Part shown: one piece after another, positions 12,071 through 24,679 of the stretch
Position numbering within the stretch: the stretch's first letter is position 1
How the letters are laid out: the number at the start of each line of letters is the position of its first letter
Program-made: the position numbers and the translations under genes
Assembly: GCA_026770705.1 (NCBI GenBank)
Contig: JANJGN010000038.1
Span: forward strand, 10,292,001-10,356,000
Source of the DNA: Isurus oxyrinchus
Lineage: Eukaryota
Direction of reading: 5' to 3'
DNA: 64,000 bases
Notes under the pieces: generated by a model
Seen by the model: only the letters and a program-made list of their open reading frames with translations
The model's database searches: none
Told to the model about the DNA's origin: nothing

Positions 12071-14011
12071 TCAAGGTAATTGTCTACCAACGAGATATAG
12101 AGACTAGGGTTCAATTGAAAATATCAAAACTGAGATTGATAGGATTCGGTACCAACTGCTTTAAACTAAGGTGTCCAAATGGAGACATTCTGCATATTAT
12201 CAATGCACTAATTGAAGGACAGGGAAGATTCCAGGACCAGAATATCCTTCTCCATTTGCTATGGGTCAACAACTTCGGGATAGGATCCAAAATTGCACTG
12301 GTAAATGCATAACTGAAACCAGAAACCAGCTATAGTCAGCAATTTCTGCAAAGCAGCGAGAAGGGAACAAGGAGGTATAGAACAGCACCAAGCAGATTGG
12401 AAAAATGGTCGCCAGTATAGTAAGTATGACTATATTTCAATAGTCAGTGTGACAGCAAAAAGAATGTGATGCACACTGGACAGAGAGTGCTCCAATGTAA
12501 TGGATGTGGACAACGTTTTAGCTAGTTAGCACAGCATGAATAAATAAACGCATCGCACCATTCACAGTGGGGAGAGGTCTTGCACGTTTTCAATAACTGG
12601 ACGAAGTTTCAACAAATCATCCAACCTCAGTAGCACAAGGATGCGGTATACTGCAAAACATTGCAAATGAGGACACTGTAGGACGGGACTCGCTTCCTCA
12701 GCCTGCCTGCAAATTTATCGATATATTCCCACTGAGAAGAAGTCGTTCACATGCTGCATGGAATAGGGAAGATGTTAACAGTTGTTTCTTCTTCTCGCAG
12801 TCCGTTATGTTCAAGAGGTAGACGTAGGAAAAACCTTTCAAATGATATGTAGTTGGCGAGTGACTCAGTAGTGCATTTCAATTGCTGACAGATGAGTGAG
12901 GTTTCAAGTAGTAGCAGAATTTCAATTATGTTCTTACTAATGATGTTAATCACATCTGGGGTTATTTAATAATCTGGACAAAGGGCATATAAAGCGAAGG
13001 CTAATGGATCAGTTTCGGCCTGACATTGAAAGTTCTATCGAGGTATAACAAATAATTACTTCCTTACTCACGATCTTCCGCTGGCAACAGTGACAAATAT
13101 TGAGACCTGTGCCGCATTTTGCATTTGGGGAGCAGGAGAACTGCCATACCCCAAGCGCATGTGCAGTACTCACCCGAGATTGGGATAATGATTTGTTGCA
13201 ATGAGTACCCCATAATATCTCTGGCGTGACATTTTGTGGCTATCAAGATGGCAAGAAATGTGTTTGTGCATGGTCAGTGGGGAGCGGCAGTGCTGTAAAA
13301 TGTGGCGAGTCATTCAAAAGCTCATTGGCATTTGCAGAACCAAAAAATCTCGCCGCCGAGAGGGGCCATTAAATTCTGAATTTGCCATTACATTAGATGA
13401 GTTATTTTTAATAATTCTGTTTTTCATGATTGATGCCCATTGACATTAATACACTGTTGTTAGACTCGATTTATGCTGTTTGATAACACTGGAAATGTCA
13501 TCATAATTGTCCGATTGAAAGTGTAGAAGGCGAATTACTGTTGTTCATTTTTTCCTGCCCCTTATTCCTATGTTCAATGACAAGGGATAGCGAGTGTGAA
13601 GCGGTGACTAGTGAGTTGAGAACAATGCATGGGAGCAGCATTTGTTACCATTTCAGAACGCCTTTTACCTCCAAGGTATAAACTACACAAAGCAATAACA
13701 TTGAGGTTCCTACCTTAAATTGTTAAATTTTGGTATCCAATATCAGATCTAAGTCGGACTTTCTGTCTCCCACATGGATTTACAAGGCCCTGGGGGCTGG
13801 TAGGGATGTACCAGGCCCCTGCTAGCACGAGGAAGACAACTAAAAGTTAACTGGGAGCAGGCAACGTTCTTTATACATTGTTAAATTCACACAGAGGAAA
13901 AGGGACTCAAAGCATTTGACGCTGCTTCCGGGAGACTAGACTTGGTGTGAGATAAACAAAAGCAGCAATGGATGGAACACTCATTATGACTCATGTTGGA
14001 TTTTATTGTTA

Positions 14012-14922
14012 TCATCTTTTAAATAATTTAACAAGCAGATTCAGTGGGAATTTCACACCATTCTTTAACTCTTCTCTGAATTTACTCTGGGTCCCTGCAT
14101 AAATAAATGGATTGACGCAAGAACTCAGGAGCTGAAGCATACGTGCGATTTCCTCCATAAGAAAATTTGATTCATTGAAATTGGAAGAGTCTACATAGCT
14201 AAGATTCGCAATTCGGACATAGAGGAAGTTTATAAGTTTTAACAAATATAACAGGATGAAACTGCCTGAGATACAGAAGAGCAAAACCATGGACTTCCTT
14301 CTTTTCTGCATCTCTGGGTCACTTTGATTCTCTCCATTGCTCTGGATCCGGAGTCTCCTGCGGGCTCGACTGGCCGTTACAATGTGTCTGATGGTCAGAG
14401 CATTGAGTAGTAAAATAAGGACGAATGAGAGGCAGAGGATTAACACGGCGATTATGCTTTCATAAGCGACCCATGCAGGTGATGTATAAAATGTTGATTT
14501 TGCCTTGCATTGCCAGGGTATATTGTCAATTATAAAGGCAGGCTCACACATAAAATACAAGGGGATGCTTTTAACACAGTTCAGTGCACAGACAGTTCCT
14601 ATCACCACAGCCGCCATTTTCTCAGTGCAATATTTAGTTTTCAGCTTCTGGCAGCAAATGGCTACAAATCGGTCAAAGGTGAAAGCCACTGTTACACAGA
14701 CAGAAGAATCGATGACACAATAAATTAGCACAAGTCTGAGGCTGAAGACCGGAGTGATGGACAAGAGACTGAATGGGAAATAAATACCTATAACCCGGTT
14801 TAATAACACAACTGTGATCCCGACAAGGAGATCCGTCACGGCCATGGACATCAGGTAGTAAGTGATACATTTTGCGAGACCGCATCTTCCTCGAGGCAGT
14901 ATCAGAATCACTGCCAGATTAG
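14012..14922 (-). CDS. GPR139/GPR142-like class A GPCR, gene 1, exon 2 (intact)
   Basis: Acceptor gtcacag|CT AAT CTG (phase 1); open to TGA at 14014-14012. Motifs NL..ILIL.RGRCGL, MAVTDLLV (TM2), FTFDRFVAICC (DRY), LLLNALTI (TM5), KSMVLLF (TM6), SSCVNPFIY (NPxxY), QSKFREEL (helix 8). With exon 1 gives 981 nt / 326 aa. Confidence 0.92.
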
Positions 14923-15399
14923 CTGTGACAGCGAAACGCAGCCAGTGAATATCAGATGTTGAGAAAGAAATTTATAACATAAAATGTTGGAAATTCTCAT
15001 TCAAGCAGCAGTTGAAAAGAGAGGAACAAGTTAGCATGTCAGAGAAATGATCTAGAGGAAAATAACCTAAAACACAGCAATCTGTTCTGTACTGTCAGCA
15101 ACACTAAGGGCTCACCCAAGGTGAACATTGAACGTCCTGGATTGTGACTCTGAAATACAATCAATGTTGTTCTCATCTAATGTTTAGCGACGGGAAAATA
15201 TAAGAATACTCTGAAACATTGGAAAATCGAAGGTTAACAAATACTTTACAGAGCTTGAAAAAAGTTCAGCAAAAAAAAAGCTAGTACTTAACTGAAAAGA
15301 AGATGAAGGAGATCTGATGCATCTTAGCTGCAACAATTCGAAGTTAAAGGAACAAGGCTTCACAGCCACGAGTAAAGCAGATCATGCTTACTCTGGATC

Positions 15400-15720
15400 A
15401 GGTGTGGCTCAATTTGTAGCAATCTCACTTTTGATTCAAAAGGTTTAGCATTCAAGCCCAACTGATGGACTTCAGCAACGTTGCACTGCCGGATATGCTA
15501 TATTTCAGCTAAAACAAAAGACTGAGGAACGATCCAATAACTCGTGAATACCAAATCTAACTTAAGAAATAGCTGTTATTCACATTCCAGCGCAAGGAGC
15601 AATATATGCACATGGCAAAGTGAGGTAATTCAATAGCTGTGAAAATAACACAATAGAGCTACATTTACAGCGTAATAAATCATCCATGGTGACAGTGCCA
15701 ATAATACAATTGATCTACAT
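15400..15720 (+). mobile_element. tRNA-headed SINE in intron of gene 1
   Basis: A/B-box-like gtggctcaatttgtagc...ttcaagccc followed by ..gcactgccggatatgc..gactgagg. Inverted relatives at about 21.1 and 23.0 kb. Confidence 0.45.
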
Positions 15721-16182
15721 TGCACTGTGATATTAGTGTGCTAAATACTTCGCCCACATTAATAATGACAATAACAACATCTAATTTCACTTAGACTGAG
15801 AGACCGCACTGCTAAGTGGGAGAAAATTTTTAATTAAAGAGATAAAAAGGCATTGGTGAAGCAAACATAGTAATCCCTGAAATGGAAGTAAGTATACTGG
15901 CAATGGGAAGAAACTGTTCTCGTGAAGGGGAGAAATGATACCCTTAAAGTGGAGAAAAGAGACCAGTAATGAGCAGTAATATTGCGAGGAAAGGGAAGGT
16001 TTAATATCAATTAAAAGAAGAATGCACTAAACGTAGAGATAAGGATACTGCAAAAAAGGGAAAACATTATAAATAACAAATTATCCTGTTAATGGGGTGA
16101 ACCATAGAGAAGCAATACAGCTAAATTAAAGAAGTGATAGAAAAATGATTCTGGTAACTGGTAACTAACCCTAATACTTTAC

Positions 16183-16252
16183 CTGGAATACCGATAGCTG
16201 CAAGAACGGGATAGTAAATGGCAAACACCAGACCTTCTGGTATCCCATGCAT
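16183..16252 (-). CDS. GPR139/GPR142-like GPCR gene 1, exon 1
   Basis: ATG at 16252 encodes MHGIPEGLVFAIYYPVLAAIGIP + G|gtaaag (70 nt, phase 1), joining exon 2 in frame to give TM1 ..GIPANL (GxxxN motif). Confidence 0.9.
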
Positions 16253-16303
16253 TTCTCTCAAAAGCTCCGAGTGTGCTCTGTGCTACACCGAAAGACTGTT
16301 ACA

Positions 16304-16400
16304 TTTATACATGATGTCGGCCTCTAGGGAGACAAAGGGAAGGTTTGGCCTTTTACATTAATTACACTAACTGAAAAAAAACATTTTAGTGCAGCTGCTG
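16304..16400 (-). promoter_or_regulatory. Proximal promoter of gene 1: TATA, EBF/Olf-like site, homeodomain site, E-box
   Basis: TATAAA (16309-16304) about 52 nt before the ATG; cctctagggaga 16321-16332; TAATTA 16359-16364; CAGCTG 16392-16397. Positionally conserved in the paralogs. Confidence 0.6.
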
Positions 16401-16739
16401 CCGCGCTCACATTTATGTTTTTGATGGAATAGAATCTGTTTTCAAGCACACTGGCGCGGCTCCAAATTGAAATAATCTGATAGGAGAGTACGGTCCAAGT
16501 TGCATTTTTTCCTAAAATTTAAATAACAAGCCAAACAAGCCATTGTAATTGTGAAAGTGAGCACTGTGCACGAGCATCCATGGCTTTAAACTCCGCAGGA
16601 AAACATTACAATGTTCTCACTCTTGATCATTTTTCAGGCCGTGTGAACACGGATCACGTGTAATGTGGCTCCCTTTCCCTTCTGGAATGAGGAACCAATC
16701 AGTAGCCATCCACCCTCAGCCTCTCTGCCTGCTTGGACG

Positions 16740-18240
16740 TCAACTCACGACGAAAAGCTTCTCAATTAACTCTGTAAATGAAACTCCAATGCTATGGGTG
16801 TTGGCATGTGTCCTATTTCTGTTTGGCTTTTAGATGGATTTGCAGCAGAATCATTGTTCCAGGCCCACTCAGGCACCTCCATCACACTTCTTCCTGGTAT
16901 ATTCATGACCAGATCAGTGTTGATCTCGTTCAACCCCTGAACTGGAAAATGAGGTTACGTTTGCTTTGGAATGTAACCCTCCCCATGCCCTTATTTGTTC
17001 CATGTTTGAAATTTATATTTCCTTCTGCAGCTTTGATGTGGACACATCGGGGAATTGGCTATGGCCCAATATTCAACAGAAGCTCACCAACACCCAGTTA
17101 TCTTGAATACACATCCATGCACATCTCTTACTGGAAAGGAACTTTTCTGTTCTCTCAGAATCTCAGTTTCTGCTGAATATGTTCGATTATCCCTTCTAGC
17201 TTTCTCCAATAGAGCTTCCAATTACTTCAGCCGAGTATTTCCAGCGCACCGTGGTTGACAGAACCCAGCGCCATGCATGTATCATGTCTCACACTTCTGC
17301 TTTCACACCTTCTCCCCCTCCAAGATCCACAATAGGCTTCTCCTTGCCCTTGCCTACCATTCAACACACCTCCAGTATCATTTGGTCCACCTCTGCATTT
17401 TCAAACACATCCGGCATGTTGTCACTGCCCAATATGTCCAAATCACCTCTACACCTTAATATTGAGAATGGGTCATTTGCTCCACTCCGCACTTGTCTCC
17501 TCCTCAAGCAATCCAACCCTTCCTTTTCTGAAGAACGTTCCCATGCACGCAATGAACATGCAACGCCTGCCCCTGCCTCCCTGCCCTTCTCTCTGTCCTA
17601 CGTCCCAAACAATGCTTCCAAATGGAAAATCGAATTGTTTGAACTTCTGTCCATTGAGTATACCCTGTTCACTGCTCAATATGCAGCCTGCTCTACATTC
17701 TGGAGGTTAAGTGTAGATTGGTGATCATTTCTCAGATACATCCGTTCAGTCCACAAGTGTGATCTTCTGGTCACTTGTCACCCTAATTATCTGTTCTGCT
17801 CTCACTTTAACATGGAGCATATGCTCCAGGAGTAAAATTTCATAGTTCCTTAAGGCACTTTCTAGGCTTTTGTATTTTCCATAAATTTCAACAATCGTGA
17901 TCACAACCACTGCATTCTTCTTCCTTCTTTGCTCTTTGTTGTTCCGTTGGGAAAACATTTGTTGATTTCGATTCTGTTATAGACAGTTTGCCGTCTTTTA
18001 GACATTCTGCTTCTGCTTTTCCTTGTTCCACTTTGACCTCCACCATCACTGCTTTTGTCATTTGAATTCTGCTGTTTTCCCCTTTGCCAGAAGCATCTCC
18101 TTTTGATCTTGCTTCCCCACATTCGTTTTTTGCCTCTATACTTGCATGAAAACTGTTCCGTCTGTTACTTTTGCCTGCTCTGATAAAAGGTCACATGCTG
18201 CCGGATATCTTGAGTATTTCCATCGTTTCCTGTTTAATTC
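16740..18240 (+). mobile_element. Penelope-like retroelement remnant (RT + GIY-YIG endonuclease + terminal repeat)
   Basis: Degenerate AMGxxMxP (16790s), YIxD (16898), LAYH, TFPC..TCNACP, CSICSLLYI.E..RLGDxF motifs; 3' ..ctctgataaaaggtcac..gctgcc..ttgagtatttcc. Confidence 0.75.
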
Positions 18241-18254
18241 CATTTAGGGTATTT

Positions 18255-19200
18255 ATATTCAGTGTAGAAATGTGCAGCTCGGCATGGTTATATTCACAGT
18301 GTGCACACCTAGTTTGGCATGGTTACTTCCATTTGGACTAGTTCAATTCAGTTAGTGTAGCCATGTCAATCCCGGCAATAACGAATGTGCACAGGTGTCT
18401 GAATGTACATTTTGTGTGGCAACATCCAGTTCAGGACGTGTGTGCTTCGTGCTTTCAGGCTAAGCTCAGTGCACTCACATTCAGAGAAGATAACCTCCTG
18501 TTGAGCACGATTAAATTAATGGTGGAGCACTCCAGATTGACATGGTTATGTGCCATGTAAAGAGTCCCGTCCAGCCCGCTTGCAATCACTGTTTAGTGGA
18601 AAACCAGTTTAGGGGTAAATCACGCTATTGTGACTGTCCAGTTCAGTAAATTGCATTAACTGAATTCAGGTTAATTTGCACACAGCTGCACTCAGTACGA
18701 ACAGGCCAATTTCTATCTTGTTACACTGAATGTACATAGATGACTATTAGCCCTGTTATTGTCAAGTTTGTCCGGTGGAACACAACAATGTACGATGTGC
18801 ACAGCCCCGGCTGTGAACAGTTTCTTTCTTGCTGTGGAAAATTTCACTTCAGCATGATTACTTTCCATGTAGAATACTCAATTTCATTACTGCTGTATTC
18901 GATAGAGAGAGGACCGGCTGGGCATGGTTATGTTTTGTGTAGACGTATTGAAGTCTGCTTGGTGCTAATGAATGTGTACATGGACATTTGCATTCAGAAT
19001 GGATTGGTTTAGTTCTGCATTCTTACTTTTAATATGAGCTTCTGTGGTGGACAGTCCCAACTGGTCACTGTTACTGTCAGCGTGAACATTTTAACTTCCT
19101 AGTGGCTATGCTTCGTGTGCAGATGGCTTGATCAATGAGCTTACATTCAATTTGCACAATTACAGTTCTGCAGCATGATTTTCAGTGCAGACTGATCTGG
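18255..19200. repeat. Degenerate ~33-35 bp tandem array upstream of gene 1
   Basis: Recurrent cagtgtgcaca..cagtt.ggcatggtta.attc units; reverse complement of the arrays at 29.2-29.6 and 31.9-32.35 kb. Confidence 0.55.
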
Positions 19201-19269
19201 GCCGGAGAGATTTTATTTATTGTGATTTTCCATGACAAAATCCAGGTCTATTTTTAATGATAAAGGAAG

Positions 19270-19530
19270 GCTCTTAGGCAAAGTACTAGGGGATGAGGAG
19301 GTTCTGGAGAATTTGGAATTGTCTTCTCCAGAAAACAAGACACGGCAGGGGCACTAAATATATTTAAGGCATAGTTATACAAATTATTGATCGACAAGAG
19401 ATCCAATGGTTACTCAGTCTGGCAGGAAAATGGAGTTAAGGCCAGGATCACATCAGTCATGAACTTACTGTATGTTGGAGCTGGATTGTTGGGTCGAAAC
19501 GCTTACAATGACTTTCATCTCTTTTGATCT
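19270..19530 (+). mobile_element. CR1 LINE 3' end remnant
   Basis: ..tggaattgtcttctcca..aatatatttaaggc..ggcaggaaaatggagttaagg..catcagtcatgaactt.. resembles the CR1 3' ends at 31.6-31.85 kb. Confidence 0.5.
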
Positions 19531-19559
19531 CAATGACTTCAAATAAATATCCAGCCATT

Positions 19560-20461
19560 GTCACTGTTTATGCCATTTGGCAATAGATTGAAAGAGTATT
19601 TAAACGCCCTTTTCAGCTCCGCTTTGTATTTAGTCTGGGTCCCTGCATATATAAATGTATTCTTACAGGATCTAAGGAGTTAAAAACACTGTCGGATTTG
19701 CTGCAGAATAAATTTTGTGTCAATGGAAATGGAACTGATAGATCAGCTATTTCCCATACTTTGTGCAAACAGGAAACGTACAATATGCGTCAAGGCCAGC
19801 TGGAGGAAACTGCCTGAAATGGAGAAGAGTACAAAAATAGACTTGCTGTGGCTCTTCATCTCTGAGTCACTCTGATTCTCTCCATTCCTGTGGGATCAGA
19901 GTCTGCTGCAGGATTTACTTACCAGTAGAATATTTCAGGATGTCTCAATATCGAGCAGCAAAGTCAGGAGAAAGGAGAGACAAGGGGTTAGAATACAGTC
20001 CAGCCAGTCAAACATTCTCCATGGAAATAAAATATAAAATGCATCATCTATGATAGAGTTACGTTGTTAACGATATAAATAAGTTCATACATGAAATAAA
20101 AAGGGGTGGCTATCAAAGAGGACTGCACACAGATCATTCTTAAATTTCCAGCTGCTGTTTTCTAACTGCAGTATTTCATTTTCAGCTCCTGGTGACAAAT
20201 GGCTAGGGAACAGTAAAAGGTGAACTTGAGGGTTGACCAGAGAGTACAACCTTTCGAACCAGAGTTTAAAGCAACAAGGACGACATAGAGGAATGGTGGA
20301 CAGAAAACTGACTGGAAAATAAACAGCCGGAAATGGGCTTAATGTCACGGTAATGCTAATGACAAGGAGATCTGTCACCACCATGGATACCAGATACTGC
20401 GTGATACATCAGGAGAAACCACAAATTGCTCGGGAGAAGATCACAATCATTAGAAAGTTAG
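19560..20461 (-). pseudogene. GPR139/GPR142-like GPCR pseudogene, exon 2
   Basis: Acceptor ttacag|CT AAC TTT; (A)NFLMIVIFSRAICGFS*CITQYLVSMVVTDLLV... with an in-frame TGA and several frameshifts; C-terminal SCKNTFIYAGTQTKYKAELK. No matching exon 1 found. Confidence 0.85.
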
Positions 20462-23400
20462 CTGTAAGGCAGAGAGCGAGAGAGAGAAAGAGGAGAGAGA
20501 GAGGAACAGAATTAGTGCTGAAACTCTCAGCTACACCTGCAGTTTGGTGGGAGAGGGTATGGAATTTATATCATGAATACTTGATTCAACGCTGGAACTG
20601 ATTAATTTAGTAACGTAGTGTGTTTTTTTTTATTAATATTGTCCCAAATACATTGGAAATTGGAACATGAAATAACACAAAACACTTATTTTCTGATTTC
20701 TGTAAAGTTTATGCAATCTAGAAGTAGCAGGAATTGAACAGGATTAACGTATTAAATAGACAAAAGGACAGCCTGAAGATGGCATAACGGACAGATAATA
20801 AATCAATACATTTAGTCGTTTAAATTCCGGTAAATAATAACGTTATGAAATGTTAAACCGCTATAATACTTAGAGCAATCGAATGACAGGAAATAAGATA
20901 TGGGTAATAACTTATTCCTAAGAAATAAATGAGGGAACCACGGGACGATGGAAAATAAAGTTGAACGAACGCCATTGATTCAATTCGGGTTTAGTTCCTG
21001 TGGAAACAGGTCAAACAGCATCAGCGGGTTTTTTTGCAGCTCAATGATTGCTGTAGTGGGAGATTAGGTCTCGTATTTTAGTGAAGATTTGTAATTGAAG
21101 AAGCAGAAAGTCCTCCGTTTAGAGTCTCATCAAACGAGCGACAGAGCAGGTAGTGCTGTCCTTCCTCAGGAGTATGCAGCTAGGTTAGGGACTCGAGATC
21201 GGGAGTAGGGCTCAAACCCAGGGCTTGAACACTGATATTTCAAAATGTAGATCCCCGAAATAAAGTGGCTGTGAGCATAATACATACTGGTTCCGATGAG
21301 TATCACACAGCCTTGACAACAAAATGCATCTTAGGAGAATTGAATGGGGCAGTTAACATTAGCAACAGAGTTAAAAAAAAAGTCTTCGTAACTGTTCATC
21401 GATTGCAACTATTTGATAAATTTACGAATAAACATGTGGAGGGTAAACAAAAATATGGAAAAATACATACCACTATCATTTATAGTTTCGCGCCAATTAG
21501 AACATATGCTGATCTGTAATGGTTAAGCTCAAAGCACCACAAAAAAAAACTCCCTCCCACAAATTATATTCCTTCTTCCACAGTTTGCTCATTCAGTTAT
21601 GCAACAACAACCCTTCGCAATGTCCTCTTCTTATCTAAAATATTTACTGTGCCACATGGCTTATTTTCAGCAGCAATTTGGATACGAAACTTACTATTGC
21701 TTAATTTCGAACCTTTAAATGCGGTGAAAAGCTGAGACCCAAATACAAATCTTGCGAATCAGCTGTCACACCCTGTCAATTGAAATGAATTCACTTTATC
21801 CATCAACAAATTAAATGAGCTTTGTACACACCACAGCCATCGCTATTTAAATTTATGTCGATATCAATATAAATTAACATCTAGGCATGTAAAATAAACG
21901 ACCTGTTTGACTAAGAAATTCAGGTGTTAATGACATTATTGAAGTAACAATTAAACTACATTTTGCAGCATTTGTATCATTGCCAAAAATTCCTTGAATA
22001 CAAGACACAGAAATCGTGGGAACACATAAAGCAACCTTGAATTCTTTGCTGTTGGAGGACAGCCAAACATCCGGAGAAGCTAAACAGTAGACATTTGACC
22101 CTCAAGGCTTCACAGTTAAAAAAAAGATGGAAAAGATTTAATTCCGGAAAAATTACGTAGAATACAATGAATTCAGATTCAGAATGTTTCTGTTTCCTAT
22201 TTTGAGTGATTCAGAAAACTGACTGTAAAAAAACAGCCGTAAACCGGCTTAATACCATTGTAATGAAAATACAAAGGAAATCTATCACCGCCATGGACAC
22301 TGCGTATCTAGAAAGACCACATCTTCCTCGGGAACGTTTCACGATAGTCAGAAAGTTAGCTCTAAGCTAGAGAGAGAGAGAGAGAGAGAGGAGAGAGTAG
22401 GGAAGAATTAGTGTTGAATTTCCCAGCTCCAACATCCGTTTTGCGGAAGAATGGTATGGCATCTGGACCATCAATACTTTATTCAACGCTGGAACTGATT
22501 AGTTTACCAATGTATAAATGCTGGTCCATTTTTTATTTATATTGTCCCAGATAAAGTGGAAGTCGGAATATAAAATGACACAAAGCACTTACTTTCCGAT
22601 TCCTGTAAATTTTATGTAATCTAGAAGTAGAAGGAATTGATCTTCACTAACGTATTAAATTGACAAAAGGACAACCTGAAAATGGCATAAAATACATATA
22701 AAATCTCAATTCATTTATTCATTTAAAAATAAGTAAATAATAACGTTATGAAACTTTAAACCACTATAATAATGAAACCAATCTAATGACAGGAAATAAG
22801 GTATGGGTGATAACGAATTCCTAATAAGTATCAGAAGGAACCAAGGTACGATGAAAAAAAAAATGAGCGAACACCTTTGACTAAATTTGGGTTTTGCCCC
22901 CGTGGAAACAAGTCAAAGCGCATCAAGGTCTTTTTTTTCAGTTCAGTGACTGCTGTAGTGGGAGATGAGGTCTCGCAGCTGTAGTGAGGATTTTCAACTG
23001 ATAAAGCAGAAAGACCTCGGTTTACAGCCTCGTCAGAAGGACGACAGAGTAGAAAGTGCTGGACTATCTCAGCGGCATGGAGCTGGGCTACAGACACGCG
23101 ATCGGAAGTAGGGAACAAACCCAGGGCTTTCCGAACGAACACTGAAATTTCAAAATTTAGCTCAGTTAAATAAAATGGCTACGAGTATAATGAATTCCGG
23201 CTCCGAAGCGTATCACACAGGCTGGACAACGAAGTGCACTACTAAGGAGAATTGAATGCAGCTGTTAACCGCAGCAACGGAGTTAAAAATGGTGATCATC
23301 ACAGTTCAGCGACTGCAATGATTGATGTTAAATTTACGCATTGTTAGTTGAACACCAATAAACATGTGGCGGGTAAACAAAAACATGGAAAATACTTACC

Positions 23401-24095
23401 ACTATCATTTATAGTTTCACCCTAATTAGAAAATATGGTGACGTGCAATGGTTAAGCTTAAAGCGCCAGAGAAAAACAGCCTTCCCCAAATGGTATTCCT
23501 TCTCCTACAGTTTGCTCATTCAGTTATCCAACGACAGCCCTTCGCAATGTTCTGTTCTTCTCTAAACTATTTAGTGTACCACATGGCTTATTTTCGGCAG
23601 CAATTTGGATACGAAACTTACTGCTGCTTCATTTTGATCCTTCTAAATGCGATGAAAAACAGGCCCACATACAAATCCTGTGAATCAGCTGGCACCGCCT
23701 GTCAATTGCACTGTATTCACATTATCCATCAACAAATTAGATGAGCTTTGTACACACCGCAGGCATCGTGACTTAAATTTACATCGATATCAATGTAAAT
23801 TAACATCTATGCATGTAAAATAAATGACCCGTTTAATGAAACAATTGAGGTGTAAATTACAATATTGAAGTACAAATTAAACTATATTATACATCATCTG
23901 TATCATTGTCAAAATTCCTGTCAACACAAGAAACAGCGCGCCTTGGAACATATAAATCAATCTTGAATGTCTTGCCCTTGGAGCGCAGCCAAAAACCGGT
24001 AGAAGCTAATAGTAAACATTTGACCCTCAAGGATTCACAGTTAAGCAAATGTTGATAAGAACTAGTTTTGTAAAAAAATATAGAATACAATGAAC
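20295..24095. repeat. Direct tandem duplication of ~1.9 kb (about 20295-22171 and 22205-24091)
   Basis: Colinear matches throughout, e.g. attcaacgctggaactgatt, caatttggatacgaaacttact, catcaacaaatta.atgagctttgtacacacc, catttgaccctcaagg, gaatacaatgaa. Confidence 0.9.
22205..22359 (-). pseudogene. Truncated GPCR exon-2 stub (5' ~155 nt) in second duplicate unit
   Basis: ttagag|CT AAC TTT CTG ACT ATC GTG..TCC CGA GGA AGA TGT GGT CTT TCT ..TCC ATG GCG GTG ATA GAT; ends abruptly at the duplication junction. Confidence 0.75.
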
Positions 24096-24679
24096 AATGC
24101 CAGATAGTACAGTAAGCTACAGAGACAAGACGCATGTCCCTGTAAAAGCCATTACCCAGACACATAACTACAGAGACATAGCTCAGCCATCTTTAGGATA
24201 CAAAGGATTGAGTTATGAGAGAATTCCGTTGAAAAGGTAAGACAAATGTACACTCTACGATTAAGAAATTATACTGGATTTTAAGAATAACTTCTTCAAA
24301 TCAATATTTGTTTGACTATCCAGATTGTTGAATAAAGTGGATTTATAATCTTATGCTTTCTTGCATAGCATTGCTAGGTTATATTCGGTGATATAGTAGT
24401 GATATACATATGAGTTGTAGCCTCATACTGAAAACCTCACGAACCCACATATAAGTAACAATATCGTAGAAATCGTAAGTTTGCTTTCTAAGTGCGGATA
24501 GTGGTAAACTGTTAAAGAGTTTTTTCTTACTGTAGTATACCTGTAGTAATATTCTACCCTGGCAGAATTTTGCTGGTTCGACAACTCCGAGTAGCTGTCT
24601 GAGTTGTTTTGAATTCGTACAGAGCAGTTGTTGGGGGCGGGGAGTGGCGGTGGGGGAGTAAAGCAGTCGGATCAATGTT

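Noticed and set aside
15400-15470. tRNA gene
   Set aside because: A/B-box-like head without a cloverleaf, continuing into a SINE body.
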